Below are positions 55,549-64,000 of a stretch of DNA of 64,000 bases, piece by piece (position 1 is the first letter of the stretch; every line of letters starts with the position of its first letter). Position numbers and translations under genes: made by a program. A model generated the notes under the pieces. It saw nothing but the letters and a program-made list of their open reading frames with translations. It was not told the origin of the DNA and did not search any database. The stretch spans positions 11,893-75,892 of the forward strand of contig JBAZOT010000006.1 in assembly GCA_041648575.1 (NCBI GenBank). Reading direction: 5' to 3'. This stretch comes from Patescibacteria group bacterium. GTDB taxonomy: Bacteria > Patescibacteriota > Patescibacteriia > Veblenbacterales > UBA10138.

Positions 55549-58275
55549 CTACTCTGTTTTTAAACTGGACCGCATGAAAAAATGTTTAACCGCTTCTACT
55601 AATATCACTAATAACCCAGCCACAGAAATAATCAATAGCCAATCAAAAAATTTCAGCGCTGTGGTATGTAATACTTGCTGAAAAAATGGCGTATAAATCG
55701 CCACCAACTGCAATAAAAATGCCGCTACTATAGCCATTACTAAATAACGATTGTTCCAACTGCGTTTATGCCAAAAATGATATTTTAATTGCTTACAACT
55801 GATAGCATAAAGCAGCGAGCTTACCACCATCATAGTAAATATAATAGTACGAGCGTGCTCGGGACTATCAGTTATGCGTAACATATATAAAAATAAAAAT
55901 AGTGCTCCTAAACCCCGAATTACACTCATAAAGCCAATTAAAAATTTGCGTTGAAAATTTAATATTGGCTCCGTAAGTTTGATTGGTTTTTCTGTCATAA
56001 TTTCAGAACCAGTAGGATCTATGGTAAAAGTTAAAGCAGGAAAACTATCAGTTACTAAATTAATCCATAAAATCTGTGTGGCTAATATGGGCAAAGGAAT
56101 CTCGCGAACTAATAAGGCACCGATAATAAAAGAACCAAATACTAGCACCATTTCCGAAAAACCATCAGACATTAAATATAAAACTAATTTTCTAATATTA
56201 TGAAAAATTACCCGGCCCTCTTCCACGGCTGATACAATAGTTTTAAAATTATTATCCAATAAAACAATATCAGCCGTTTCTTTAGCCACATCCGAGCCCG
56301 AGCCCAATGCCACTCCAATATCAGAACTTTTTAAGGCTGGCGCGTCGTTAACGCCGTCGCCAGTCATAGCTACCACTTCACCGTGCGACTGCCAAGCATC
56401 AACAATTCGTGGTTTGTCATGTGGAGTAGTGCGCGCAAAAACAGTAATTCCGTAAATTCGCTGCCGTAAGGCTGCATCATCCAAACTGGCCAGTTCCTGA
56501 CCATCCAAAATATTTTCTGGCTCAGCCGGCATACCCAATTCCCTAGCAATAGCCTGAGCTGTGCGTTTATGATCCCCAGTTATCATTACCACCTTAATTC
56601 CCGCTGCCCTAGCCTGCTCCAGTGTTTGTTTTACCCCCTCGCGCAATGGGTCTTTAATACCAACAAATCCCAAAAAAGAAAATTGTGATTGCCAATCTGA
56701 AATTTTTGAAATTTGAGTAAATTTTTTATTTATTTTTCGCGAAGCTAAAGCTAACAACCGTAAACCTTGACTGCTGGATTGCTCAATTTTTTTTGCTATT
56801 TTTTTTCTAGTGAGTGCAGATAAATGATGTTGTTTACCATGAGTATGATAAAAATTACAAAACTCCAACACAATTTCTGGCGCGCCTTTTAAATATAACT
56901 CGTGTTCGCTTTTGGGAATCTGGTGCAGCGTCATCATATACTTAGTTGAAGAGGAAAAAGGAATTTCGTCTAATCGCTTATATTGATGTCGCAATTCCAC
57001 AATTGGTATGCCAGCTTGCACCCCAGCTAATACCAAAGCGCGCTCAGTTGGATTGCCAATTACCCGCCAATTGGTTAATTCGTCATGGGGATTTTCTATA
57101 TAAGCATCACTAGCTAATACGCCAACTTTGAGTAGGGCTAGAGCCGAGCTGCCATCTTGAATTTTTGCTAATTGAGATTCTGACTCTTGATCTTCGGTAT
57201 ACAGCCAAGCAACCTGCATTTCGCCAGTAGTTAAAGTGCCGGTTTTGTCGGTACAAATAACCGTGGTAGAACCCAAGGTTTCAGCTGCTAATAATTCCCG
57301 CACTAAGGCCTGCTTTTTTAAAATGCGCCGCATGCCTAAAGCCAAAATTACTGTGACTGCTACTACCATGCCCTCGGGCACTGCCGCCACAGCTATAGCA
57401 ATTGCGGTGGTAAACATTTGTACCGGGGCAAAGCCCAATAAAATTCCAAACAAGAAAATAATCAAACACGATGACAACACCACCAAACTAATCAACCGCC
57501 CTAAGTGACTTAATTTTTTTTGCAAAGGTGTTGCCTCTCTTTTTGTTTCGGTTAATAACTTAGCAATTTTTCCCATTTCTGTTCCCAACCCAGTAGCCAC
57601 TACCACTGCCCTGGCACCGCCAGCCACTACCGATGTTCCCATATAAACCATATTTAATCTTTCGGCAATTACTGTTCCAGGCAGTAATTCTTTAACTTGT
57701 TTAGTTAAAGGTGCAGATTCACCTGTTAACACTGCCTCGTTGGTTTCCAAATTATAAGCAGTAATTAAATGAGCATCAGCTGGCACGCGGTCGCCATCTT
57801 GCAATTCAATAACATCGCCAACGGCCAACTGGGAAGCTAGAATAGTGCGCTCTTCTCCGCTCCTAATTACCTTGGCTTGATAGCTAACAATTTTTTTTAA
57901 TTCCGACAGCGCCTTTTCCGCTTTACGTTCCTGAAAAAATCCCACCACCACATTAATTACCACAGCAGCCAAAATTACCCCGGCGTCAGTATGCTCGCCT
58001 AATAAAAATGTAATCACTGCGGCTACTACCAAGATATTAATTAGCACTCCGGAAAATTGTCTAATTAATATTTTATATAGCGGCGTCTGAGGAGTTGATG
58101 GTAATTCATTGGGGCCGAATCTGGATAAACGAAGAGTCGCTGCTTCTGGTTTTAAACCTTGAGGGCTAGTTTCTAATAATTTAAAAATCTTAGTCAAGCT
58201 TAAAACGTGCCACAAAGGTTCAGTTAAATTTGGTGCCAGATGAGCCATATAATTACTTATAATTATACCAAACAA
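55549..58275 (-). CDS. P2-type cation-transporting ATPase (Ca2+/Mg2+-type)
   Basis: TGES (LTGESAPL), ICTDKTGTLT, PEGMVVAVTV (PEGL-like), VAMTGDGVNDAPAL. N-terminal LSRFGPNEL. 908 aa, 10 TM helices. Confidence 0.85.
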   Translation of the reverse strand: MFGIIISNYMAHLAPNLTEPLWHVLSLTKIFKLLETSPQGLKPEAATLRLSRFGPNELPSTPQTPLYKILIRQFSGVLINILVVAAVITFLLGEHTDAGVILAAVVINVVVGFFQERKAEKALSELKKIVSYQAKVIRSGEERTILASQLAVGDVIELQDGDRVPADAHLITAYNLETNEAVLTGESAPLTKQVKELLPGTVIAERLNMVYMGTSVVAGGARAVVVATGLGTEMGKIAKLLTETKREATPLQKKLSHLGRLISLVVLSSCLIIFLFGILLGFAPVQMFTTAIAIAVAAVPEGMVVAVTVILALGMRRILKKQALVRELLAAETLGSTTVICTDKTGTLTTGEMQVAWLYTEDQESESQLAKIQDGSSALALLKVGVLASDAYIENPHDELTNWRVIGNPTERALVLAGVQAGIPIVELRHQYKRLDEIPFSSSTKYMMTLHQIPKSEHELYLKGAPEIVLEFCNFYHTHGKQHHLSALTRKKIAKKIEQSSSQGLRLLALASRKINKKFTQISKISDWQSQFSFLGFVGIKDPLREGVKQTLEQARAAGIKVVMITGDHKRTAQAIARELGMPAEPENILDGQELASLDDAALRQRIYGITVFARTTPHDKPRIVDAWQSHGEVVAMTGDGVNDAPALKSSDIGVALGSGSDVAKETADIVLLDNNFKTIVSAVEEGRVIFHNIRKLVLYLMSDGFSEMVLVFGSFIIGALLVREIPLPILATQILWINLVTDSFPALTFTIDPTGSEIMTEKPIKLTEPILNFQRKFLIGFMSVIRGLGALFLFLYMLRITDSPEHARTIIFTMMVVSSLLYAISCKQLKYHFWHKRSWNNRYLVMAIVAAFLLQLVAIYTPFFQQVLHTTALKFFDWLLIISVAGLLVILVEAVKHFFMRSSLKTE

Positions 58276-58331
58276 TCATCATCTTAGAAATTGTAATCAA
58301 CTGGAGTTAACTAACTGTTTGTTGCAGAAAG

Positions 58332-59327
58332 TTGACAAATTATTGTATACTAAAATCAAACAACTTCTTATTTATGCTAACTTATTTTCTTTTTGTCATT
58401 GGTTTTGTAATCTTAATTAAGGGCGCGGATTGGTTAGTAGACGGCGCTTCATCAGTTGCTAAAAAATTTGGTATTTCCACGCTGGTAATTGGTTTAACAG
58501 TGGTAGCTTTTGGCACTTCGGCACCCGAATTAATTGTAAACATCTTGGCTAGCATTAACGGGAATTCTGACATTGCTATTGGTAATATTTTAGGCAGCAA
58601 TATTTGTAATATCTTGCTAATCTTAGGTATAGCGGCAATCATCTATCCGCTAACAGTCAAGCGAGGTACAGTTTGGAAAGAAATACCCCTAGCATTGCTG
58701 GCTGTTATCGCAGTAGCTTTAATGGCTAATGATATTTTTATTGAAGGAGGTGGCTGGTCGGGCTTAACTCGGATTGACGGCTTAATATTATTAGCATTTT
58801 TCCTAATCTTTTTGTATTATGTTTTTGAAATCAGCAAAACCGGCCAGTCAAACGATACAAAAATAAAAAATTATTCACTTCTGATCTCGTTAAGTATGAT
58901 AGCAGGTGGATTAGTCAGTCTTACCCTGGGCGGTAAATGGGTAGTAGATGGGGCAGTGGCTATTGCTCAGACTTTTAATATTAGTGAGGCGCTAATTGGT
59001 TTAACTATCGTGGCTATTGGCACCAGTTTACCTGAACTAGCTACTTCAGCAGTAGCTGCTTATAAACATAACTCGGACATTGCCGTAGGAAATATTGTTG
59101 GTTCAAATATTTTTAATATTTTTTGGATCTTAGGTTTAAGCGCTGTCATTAGGCCGCTGCCATTTTCGGAAGCATTAAATACCGATGTTCTGGTAACTAT
59201 GATTGCTACCATACTTTTATTCATGGTAATGTTCGTTGGAAAAAAACACACGCTTGAACGCTGGCAAGGCGTAACGTTTGTAATAATCTATATTATTTAT
59301 ATTGTTTACTTAATTTACCGCGGCTGA
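58332..59327 (+). CDS. Ca2+/cation antiporter, CaCA family (second paralog)
   Basis: Alpha-repeats GTSAPELIVNI and GTSLPELATS. 331 aa. Divergent from the P-type ATPase, a plausible Ca2+ homeostasis pair. Confidence 0.75.
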   Translation: MTNYCILKSNNFLFMLTYFLFVIGFVILIKGADWLVDGASSVAKKFGISTLVIGLTVVAFGTSAPELIVNILASINGNSDIAIGNILGSNICNILLILGIAAIIYPLTVKRGTVWKEIPLALLAVIAVALMANDIFIEGGGWSGLTRIDGLILLAFFLIFLYYVFEISKTGQSNDTKIKNYSLLISLSMIAGGLVSLTLGGKWVVDGAVAIAQTFNISEALIGLTIVAIGTSLPELATSAVAAYKHNSDIAVGNIVGSNIFNIFWILGLSAVIRPLPFSEALNTDVLVTMIATILLFMVMFVGKKHTLERWQGVTFVIIYIIYIVYLIYRG

Positions 59328-59489
59328 AAAAAACCGAATTTTTAGGCTCGGCCAATATTTGTTCTGTGGCCGCGACCTGGTGGATGATACGGAGCGTTAA
59401 TTTGCCGCTTGGTGTTTTCTGATTTTCTAACCTTAAAAGCCGACGGCGTCCTATACCGCGTCATTTGTTTATTTGATTTACCTGCATAA

Positions 59490-59921
59490 TTACGCATTGA
59501 ATTTTTCCTTTAGCAATCGTGTTAATTTATTAAAAATCTCTTGATTAACTTCATTTACTTTATCTAACTCTGGCGCAACAGGCCAACCAGCATCTTTAAA
59601 TACCGTGCCAGCGAATTCTTTACTTTCCGAATAACGCGGTATTACATGAAAGTGAACCTCGGGATCTACCATCATTAACATTAAATAATTAATTTTTTCG
59701 TAACTAAAAAGTTCCTTTATCTTTGTTTCAATTTCTGGAATTATCTGATTTAATTCACAAAACGCCTTTGACGAAATATCTGACCAGTTATTAACCCCTT
59801 CGCGACAAATTAAAATCAATGAACCCAGTGTTACTTGCTTGGGTCTAACCAAAACCCGCCAATGTTTATATTCTTTAACCAAAGTCTCCGGATAGCCAAA
59901 TTTTTTAAGTGTTACTAACAT
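59490..59921 (-). CDS. HIT-family (histidine triad) hydrolase/transferase
   Basis: HFHVIPR histidine-triad motif. Start placed at internal MMLVTL because the upstream 13 codons of the ORF-track model are translated from a tRNA-Lys 3'-end-like scar. Confidence 0.6.
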   Translation of the reverse strand: MLVTLKKFGYPETLVKEYKHWRVLVRPKQVTLGSLILICREGVNNWSDISSKAFCELNQIIPEIETKIKELFSYEKINYLMLMMVDPEVHFHVIPRYSESKEFAGTVFKDAGWPVAPELDKVNEVNQEIFNKLTRLLKEKFNA

Positions 59922-59945
59922 CATATATATAAATGGTGGATCTGG

Positions 59946-59972
59946 AGGGAATTGAACCATTTTAAGGCAAAA
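59946..59972 (-). repeat. Degenerate copy of the tRNA-Lys 3' end (att-like scar), 1.7 kb downstream of tRNA-Lys
   Basis: TGGTGGATCTGGAGGGAATTGAACCA versus tRNA-Lys TGGTGGGTCTGGAGGGAATCGAACCC (24/26). Confidence 0.55.
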
Positions 59973-60233
59973 TGGTAATCTCCAATAAACACGAGATAAA
60001 TTGCTAATGGTAGCTGAAAAACAGATTCTCAGTTACTATCAGCTCTAATCAGATTTTATCACATTTCATCACTTCTTGGGCAACCGGTGGGCAACACTGG
60101 GGAAGTGGTGAGGTGGTACTAAAAACAAAAACGATCCCCTTTTAGTATTAAGGTCTATGGGATACCGTGCTGGAGTTTTGTGGTTGGTTTGAAAAATTTA
60201 GACAACAGCCCAGCAACACTGGGGAGGTGATGA

Positions 60234-60605
60234 TTAATTCGTGATGCAAATTTCTGACATTCTGGCAACTAAATAGACCATTATAACAACTAGAGCAAGA
60301 TTTACTAATTGATAGAAGCCCGTTAGCCATAGATTAATTCGATCAAACTTTCCATTAGGAGCTTTTTCATATCGCGCTTTTAACCTTCCTCTAAAGTCCT
60401 TAATAGCATGCCTAAATACAAGCCCGACACACGAATATAAGAAAATTGTTAAAAATATTTGTAGTTGCCCCCCTTGGAAAACAAAAGCAAATATTAGAAG
60501 GATAGTAGCAATAAAAAAAAGTATAAAATAAGGAGGCTCTTTAAGAAGAGCAACTAGATAATCCATAAATTTATTGAGCCAACCTTGATTTTGTATTGTT
60601 TCCAT
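60234..60605 (-). CDS. Small membrane protein (in the tRNA-Lys islet)
   Basis: 123 aa, 3 TM helices. Flanked by AACACTGGGG(A/G)(A/G)GTG direct repeats at about 60096, 60213 and 60667. Confidence 0.35.
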   Translation of the reverse strand: METIQNQGWLNKFMDYLVALLKEPPYFILFFIATILLIFAFVFQGGQLQIFLTIFLYSCVGLVFRHAIKDFRGRLKARYEKAPNGKFDRINLWLTGFYQLVNLALVVIMVYLVARMSEICITN

Positions 60606-60700
60606 ATCTTCGTATTACACCCAAAAAGGGAATTAGTAAAGGTTAATAAAAAACCAACTAGTAACACTGGGGGGTGGTTGTAATAAGTTTCCAATATTAT

Positions 60701-61456
60701 TTATGTTTTCACTTCACCAATCTTCGTTTCTTTTCGTTTTTGGTAGTCATCTATTAGCTCCGGATAGTGTATTGGGGCGGGTATTCTTGTTGTAGTAAGG
60801 TCTGGGTAAATTTGGTTCATAACAAATAATTTATTATTTTCATTGTAGGAAATCAATATTTGACCTTCGTTTTGTAAATTCAATTTAACAAGCGAATCGT
60901 GTAACTCCTCAAAATTAACATCTGATATGTCACCGCCAGTTTGAAGAGTTATCAATAGATTTATATGACCTAATTTATTACCATAATGATGCATTTTTTT
61001 CTTTATAAATGTGAGTAGTTCGACGGTGTCGATTTTTTCTCTATATCTCTTAAGTTGAAACAACCTAATCTCGCCTTGTGATATGATGCCAAAGTCGATG
61101 GGTGTTTTCTTTTCCAAAATACTAAGTAAATCTTCAATGGTGTTAATTTTATATTTATTAAGATTAATACTATTTTTTATTTCCAGGCAAATTTTTCCAG
61201 CATCGTCATAATACTTTAGATAAATATAAAAAGCGACAAATAGCTCCGTTTCATCATTATTTATTTGCAACATGTCCGAAATTGCACCAGAAAATTCTAT
61301 CATTTTTTGTTTATCATCGGATAAATCATTAAGGCTGAGTCCCCGTTTTTTTAATGCGGCATCCAATAATATAAATGCCTTTTGTCGAAATAATACCTCA
61401 TATTCACTTTTACTAATGCAAATAAAATTTTTATCTAACGATTTTAAAGAATACAT
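60701..61456 (-). CDS. Hypothetical protein (in the tRNA-Lys islet)
   Basis: 251-aa ORF. No motif recognised. Confidence 0.35.
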   Translation of the reverse strand: MYSLKSLDKNFICISKSEYEVLFRQKAFILLDAALKKRGLSLNDLSDDKQKMIEFSGAISDMLQINNDETELFVAFYIYLKYYDDAGKICLEIKNSINLNKYKINTIEDLLSILEKKTPIDFGIISQGEIRLFQLKRYREKIDTVELLTFIKKKMHHYGNKLGHINLLITLQTGGDISDVNFEELHDSLVKLNLQNEGQILISYNENNKLFVMNQIYPDLTTTRIPAPIHYPELIDDYQKRKETKIGEVKT

Positions 61457-61688
61457 AGCTTATTTTCTCAATTCTAGACATATTATTTTCCCGCCATAAA
61501 AATCTTCCCTCGGACGAAGCCTAATTACTTTATTGTTTTCATCTACTTGGATATTCATCTCTGACATGCAATTATTCTAGCATATTCGGAATAAAACCAC
61601 CCTCATCAGGTGGTCAGCACCCTTTCACCACCATAATTGATAAATTAAAAATCAGCCCATTAATATTGGGCAGAATAATTATCTCTAG

Positions 61689-61763
61689 TGGTGGGTCTGG
61701 AGGGAATCGAACCCTCGACGCTCGGCTTAAAAGGCCGACGCTCTACCTCTGAGCTACAGACCC
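61689..61763 (-). tRNA. tRNA-Lys (anticodon TTT), CCA encoded
   Basis: Acceptor GGGTCTG/CAGACCC, D GCTC/GAGC, anticodon stem TCGGC/GCCGA, loop CTTTTAA, T-arm GAGGG-TTCGATT-CCCTC. Confidence 0.85.
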
Positions 61764-61833
61764 CTATTAATTAATAGCTAATGATATATAAGCCACCTGC
61801 ATTTATGAATCCTAGCGGTTTTTAATTATTTTT

Positions 61834-62367
61834 TCAAGCCCGCTTACTGATGGGTAAATCCAATAAAGTAAACAATAATTGTCTGGTAACATCCACATCA
61901 GCCATGGCGCGGTGGGCTTTGGGTTGAGGTATGTTAAAATGACGCGCTAAATAAGCCAAACTATAGCTCGCTACAGCCACTTTGCTTCTAGCTAATTCTA
62001 ATGTATCTAATGTCGAATTAGCCACCCTCGGCAATCCTAAATCTTTTAAATGTTTATTAATAAATCCTAAATCAAAACCAATATTATGAGCCACTAAAGT
62101 TGCGCCAGTTGAGAACAAAATAAACGCCGGAATCACTTCAATTAATAGTTTACCTTGTTCAGCCACCACTTTATTGGAAATACCATGCACTGCTTCAGCT
62201 TCTTTATCTATTTTTACGCCCGGATTTACAATAGTCTCAAACACATCAACAATCTGGCGAGAATGAATCCGCTGGGCTGCTAACTCCACAATGGCATGGC
62301 CTTCATCTGGTTTCATACCAGTGGTTTCTACATCAAATATTACATAATCAGTATCATCATTAAACAT
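61834..62367 (-). CDS. DnaQ-like 3'-5' exonuclease (DEDDh family)
   Basis: YVIFDVETTGMKP (Exo I), ...VAHNIGFDLGFI (Exo II), ...HRAMADVDVT (Exo III with His). 177 aa. Confidence 0.7.
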   Translation of the reverse strand: MFNDDTDYVIFDVETTGMKPDEGHAIVELAAQRIHSRQIVDVFETIVNPGVKIDKEAEAVHGISNKVVAEQGKLLIEVIPAFILFSTGATLVAHNIGFDLGFINKHLKDLGLPRVANSTLDTLELARSKVAVASYSLAYLARHFNIPQPKAHRAMADVDVTRQLLFTLLDLPISKRA

Positions 62368-62438
62368 GATTTGACGGTAGCGGATTTTTTGATAGTTGTC
62401 TAGTTTTTTGTGGTAGTTATTTATAATTTTTATTTTTG

Positions 62439-62486
62439 TTAGGGGTAGAGGGCTCGGAGTTGCGAAGCCCGCCCTCTACCCCTAAC
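62439..62486. repeat. Palindromic element GTTAGGGGTAGAGGG...CCCTCTACCCCTAAC (copy 2)
   Basis: 15-bp stem, loop CTCGGAGTTGCGAAGCCCG. See copy 1 at 39183-39231. Confidence 0.5.
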
Positions 62487-62489
62487 TAC

Positions 62490-62760
62490 CCCACACCCGG
62501 CACGCTTTTTAGGGAACGCCAAAGCGCGGACAAACGGACGTGCTATGCAAAGATTACAACAACACGCACGTTCTGAGGCCCGCGCAATGGCGTTTATTAA
62601 TTTAAAATATGCCACCATAGCGAGGGTAAGCTAACGGCGTGGAACCGGAGCAAGCAAAATAGTAGCCGCGTGTCGTGCCCTTGCAGCATAGCGGCTACCG
62701 TGAGCTACGGTAACGCCGTCTTGCTCGAAGCTCTAGGTGGCGATTTTTCCCACCACTTTT
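62490..62760 (+). ncRNA. GC-rich, highly structured ~270-nt segment upstream of dnaB ending in a hairpin+T-run. Candidate ncRNA or leader of unknown class.
   Basis: Perfect helices GTAGCCGC/GCGGCTAC, CCGT-GAGCT-ACGG, AACGGCGT/ACGCCGT and GAGCAAGC/GCTTGCTC in a crossing (pseudoknot-like) arrangement. Terminal GGTGGCGATTTTTCCCACC+ACTTTTTC. No RNase P, SRP or 6S signature recognised by eye. Confidence 0.35.
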
Positions 62761-62870
62761 TCTAAAAAAGTGGTGAAAAGTATTGTGGACAAAACGTGTG
62801 AAAAAGGTGTATTTAATCACCCTTGCTTTTAAACTTTCAAAAAGTTAAACTAAATCCACTTGCTTACTAT

Positions 62871-64000
62871 ATGCTCAATATAACCGAAAAACTACCGCCC
62901 CAGAACTTAGAAGCTGAAGCCTCAACTTTGGGTTCTTTATTAATAGATAAAGACGCTATTGTAAAAGTGGCTGACATTTTGGAGCCAGTAGATTTTTATA
63001 ATGATAACAATGGGCAAATTTATCAATCAATGGTGGAATTGTATGAGGATCGTACACCAATTGATGTTTTAAGCTTGGGTAGTAAGCTTTCAGAAAAGGG
63101 AATTTTAGAAGCCATTGGTGGTCACACTTATTTAACCGAGTTAACCAACTCTGTGCCTACTGCCAGCAATGTGGTGCATTATGCTAAAATTGTTCAACGC
63201 AAAAGCACGCTTAGAAAATTATTACGTTCGGCCAGTGAAATTTCTTCTTTAGCTTACCAAGAAAGCGATGATGTGGAAGAAGTGCTAGACAAAGCCGAAA
63301 GCAAATTGTTCAGTGTTTCACAAAAATTCTATAAACAAGTATTTATTCCCATTAAATCTGTTTTAACCGATGCTTTTGACCGTATAGATGACTTGCATAA
63401 AGGAAGTGGGAAACTTAGGGGTATAGCCACTGGTTTTACAGACTTAGATAATTTGTTAGCAGGTTTGCAAAGATCAGATTTTGTTGTACTAGCCGCCCGA
63501 CCTTCAGTTGGTAAAACCACCTTGGCTCTTGATATTGCTCGCCATGTGGCTATAAAAAATAAAATTCCCGTAGGTATATTTAGCTTAGAAATGTCCAAAG
63601 AGCAATTAGTGGATAGATTATTATGCTCTGAAGCGAATGTTGATTTATGGCGCATGCGCACTGGTAAACTATCTGACAAGGAAGATGATTTTCCGCGCAT
63701 CGGCCATGCCATGGGCGTACTTTCTGAAGCGCCGATTTTCATTGATGATTCAGCTACGGCCAATATTATGGAAATTCGCACTAAAGCCAGGCGACTGCAA
63801 TCTGAACACGGTGTCGGGCTCTTATTAATAGATTATCTACAGTTATTAGAAGGACGGAATACTGATAATCGCGTACAAGAAGTTTCAGAAATAACCAGGG
63901 GTTTAAAAGCTATTGCCCGCGAACTTAATGTGCCGGTGCTAGCTTTATCACAACTGGCGCGTGCTGTAGAAATGAGTAAACCAGCTATACCAAAACTCTC
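62871..64000 (+). CDS. dnaB: Replicative DNA helicase DnaB (N-terminal ~376 codons; continues past the window end)
   Basis: My own translation from ATG 62871: MLNITEKLPPQNLEAEASTLGSLLIDKDAI (DnaB N-domain) ... ARPSVGKTTLALDIARHVA (Walker A) ... GLLLIDYLQL (Walker B). No stop in the window, hence absent from the ORF track. Confidence 0.9.
   Translation, partial: MLNITEKLPPQNLEAEASTLGSLLIDKDAIVKVADILEPVDFYNDNNGQIYQSMVELYEDRTPIDVLSLGSKLSEKGILEAIGGHTYLTELTNSVPTASNVVHYAKIVQRKSTLRKLLRSASEISSLAYQESDDVEEVLDKAESKLFSVSQKFYKQVFIPIKSVLTDAFDRIDDLHKGSGKLRGIATGFTDLDNLLAGLQRSDFVVLAARPSVGKTTLALDIARHVAIKNKIPVGIFSLEMSKEQLVDRLLCSEANVDLWRMRTGKLSDKEDDFPRIGHAMGVLSEAPIFIDDSATANIMEIRTKARRLQSEHGVGLLLIDYLQLLEGRNTDNRVQEVSEITRGLKAIARELNVPVLALSQLARAVEMSKPAIPKL

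Noticed and set aside
60096-60687. CRISPR array
   Set aside because: Only three short G-rich repeats with irregular 100-450-bp spacing, and no cas genes. No CRISPR-like regular repeat-spacer structure exists anywhere in the window.
63329-63828. 150-aa minus and 63-aa plus ORFs
   Set aside because: They lie inside the dnaB coding region, which has Walker A/B motifs in frame.

Overview
This is an AT-rich bacterial window, by eye roughly 35-40% GC, with GC-rich islands only at RNA genes and repeats. The gene content is CPR/Patescibacteria-like: small genes, many membrane, secreted or lipoprotein ORFs, and type IV prepilin-like proteins. Almost everything is on the minus strand. Recognisable genes are uppS, a copA copper operon (ArsR-YHS regulator, HMA-permease, P1B-ATPase), HU, DedA, tpiA, scpA/scpB, aspS, asnS, rpmG, a Ca2+-type P-type ATPase, two CaCA exchangers, M23 and S8 peptidases, a DnaQ-like exonuclease and the 5' part of dnaB. 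The tRNA genes are Pro(CGG), Trp(CCA), Thr(TGT), Tyr(GTA), Thr(GGT), Asn(GTT) and Lys(TTT). The most interesting structure is an ~7.6 kb array (26.76-34.33 kb) of seven ~1 kb single-gene cassettes, with cargo including PIN-like, trypsin-like and Mrr-type REase+Zn-ribbon genes. The cassettes are separated by a composite ~60-200 bp repeat whose core is a progressively degenerating copy of the 3' end of the adjacent tRNA-Trp. The array sits where secE-nusG would normally follow rpmG-tRNA-Trp, and no integrase is visible. The same signature, degenerate tRNA 3'-end copies downstream of the tRNA, recurs at tRNA-Lys, tRNA-Asn and tRNA-Thr(GGT). Also notable are a GIY-YIG gene flanked by a duplicated tRNA-Tyr 5' half, a 21-bp REP-like hairpin (CCTGCC..GGCAGG) inserted into other repeats and into a tRNA fragment, and a TGTCATT-TIR MITE-like family. 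There are five copies of the first ~25 codons of aspS placed in front of unrelated genes, and a duplicated aaRS-MITE-lipoprotein architecture. A 1298-aa S8 protease/beta-propeller/Ig/Hint(BIL) surface protein lies next to a membrane-anchored Clp D1-only ATPase. Several GC-rich structured non-coding segments are candidate ncRNAs. All calls are from reading the sequence and ORF translations, with no database searches.
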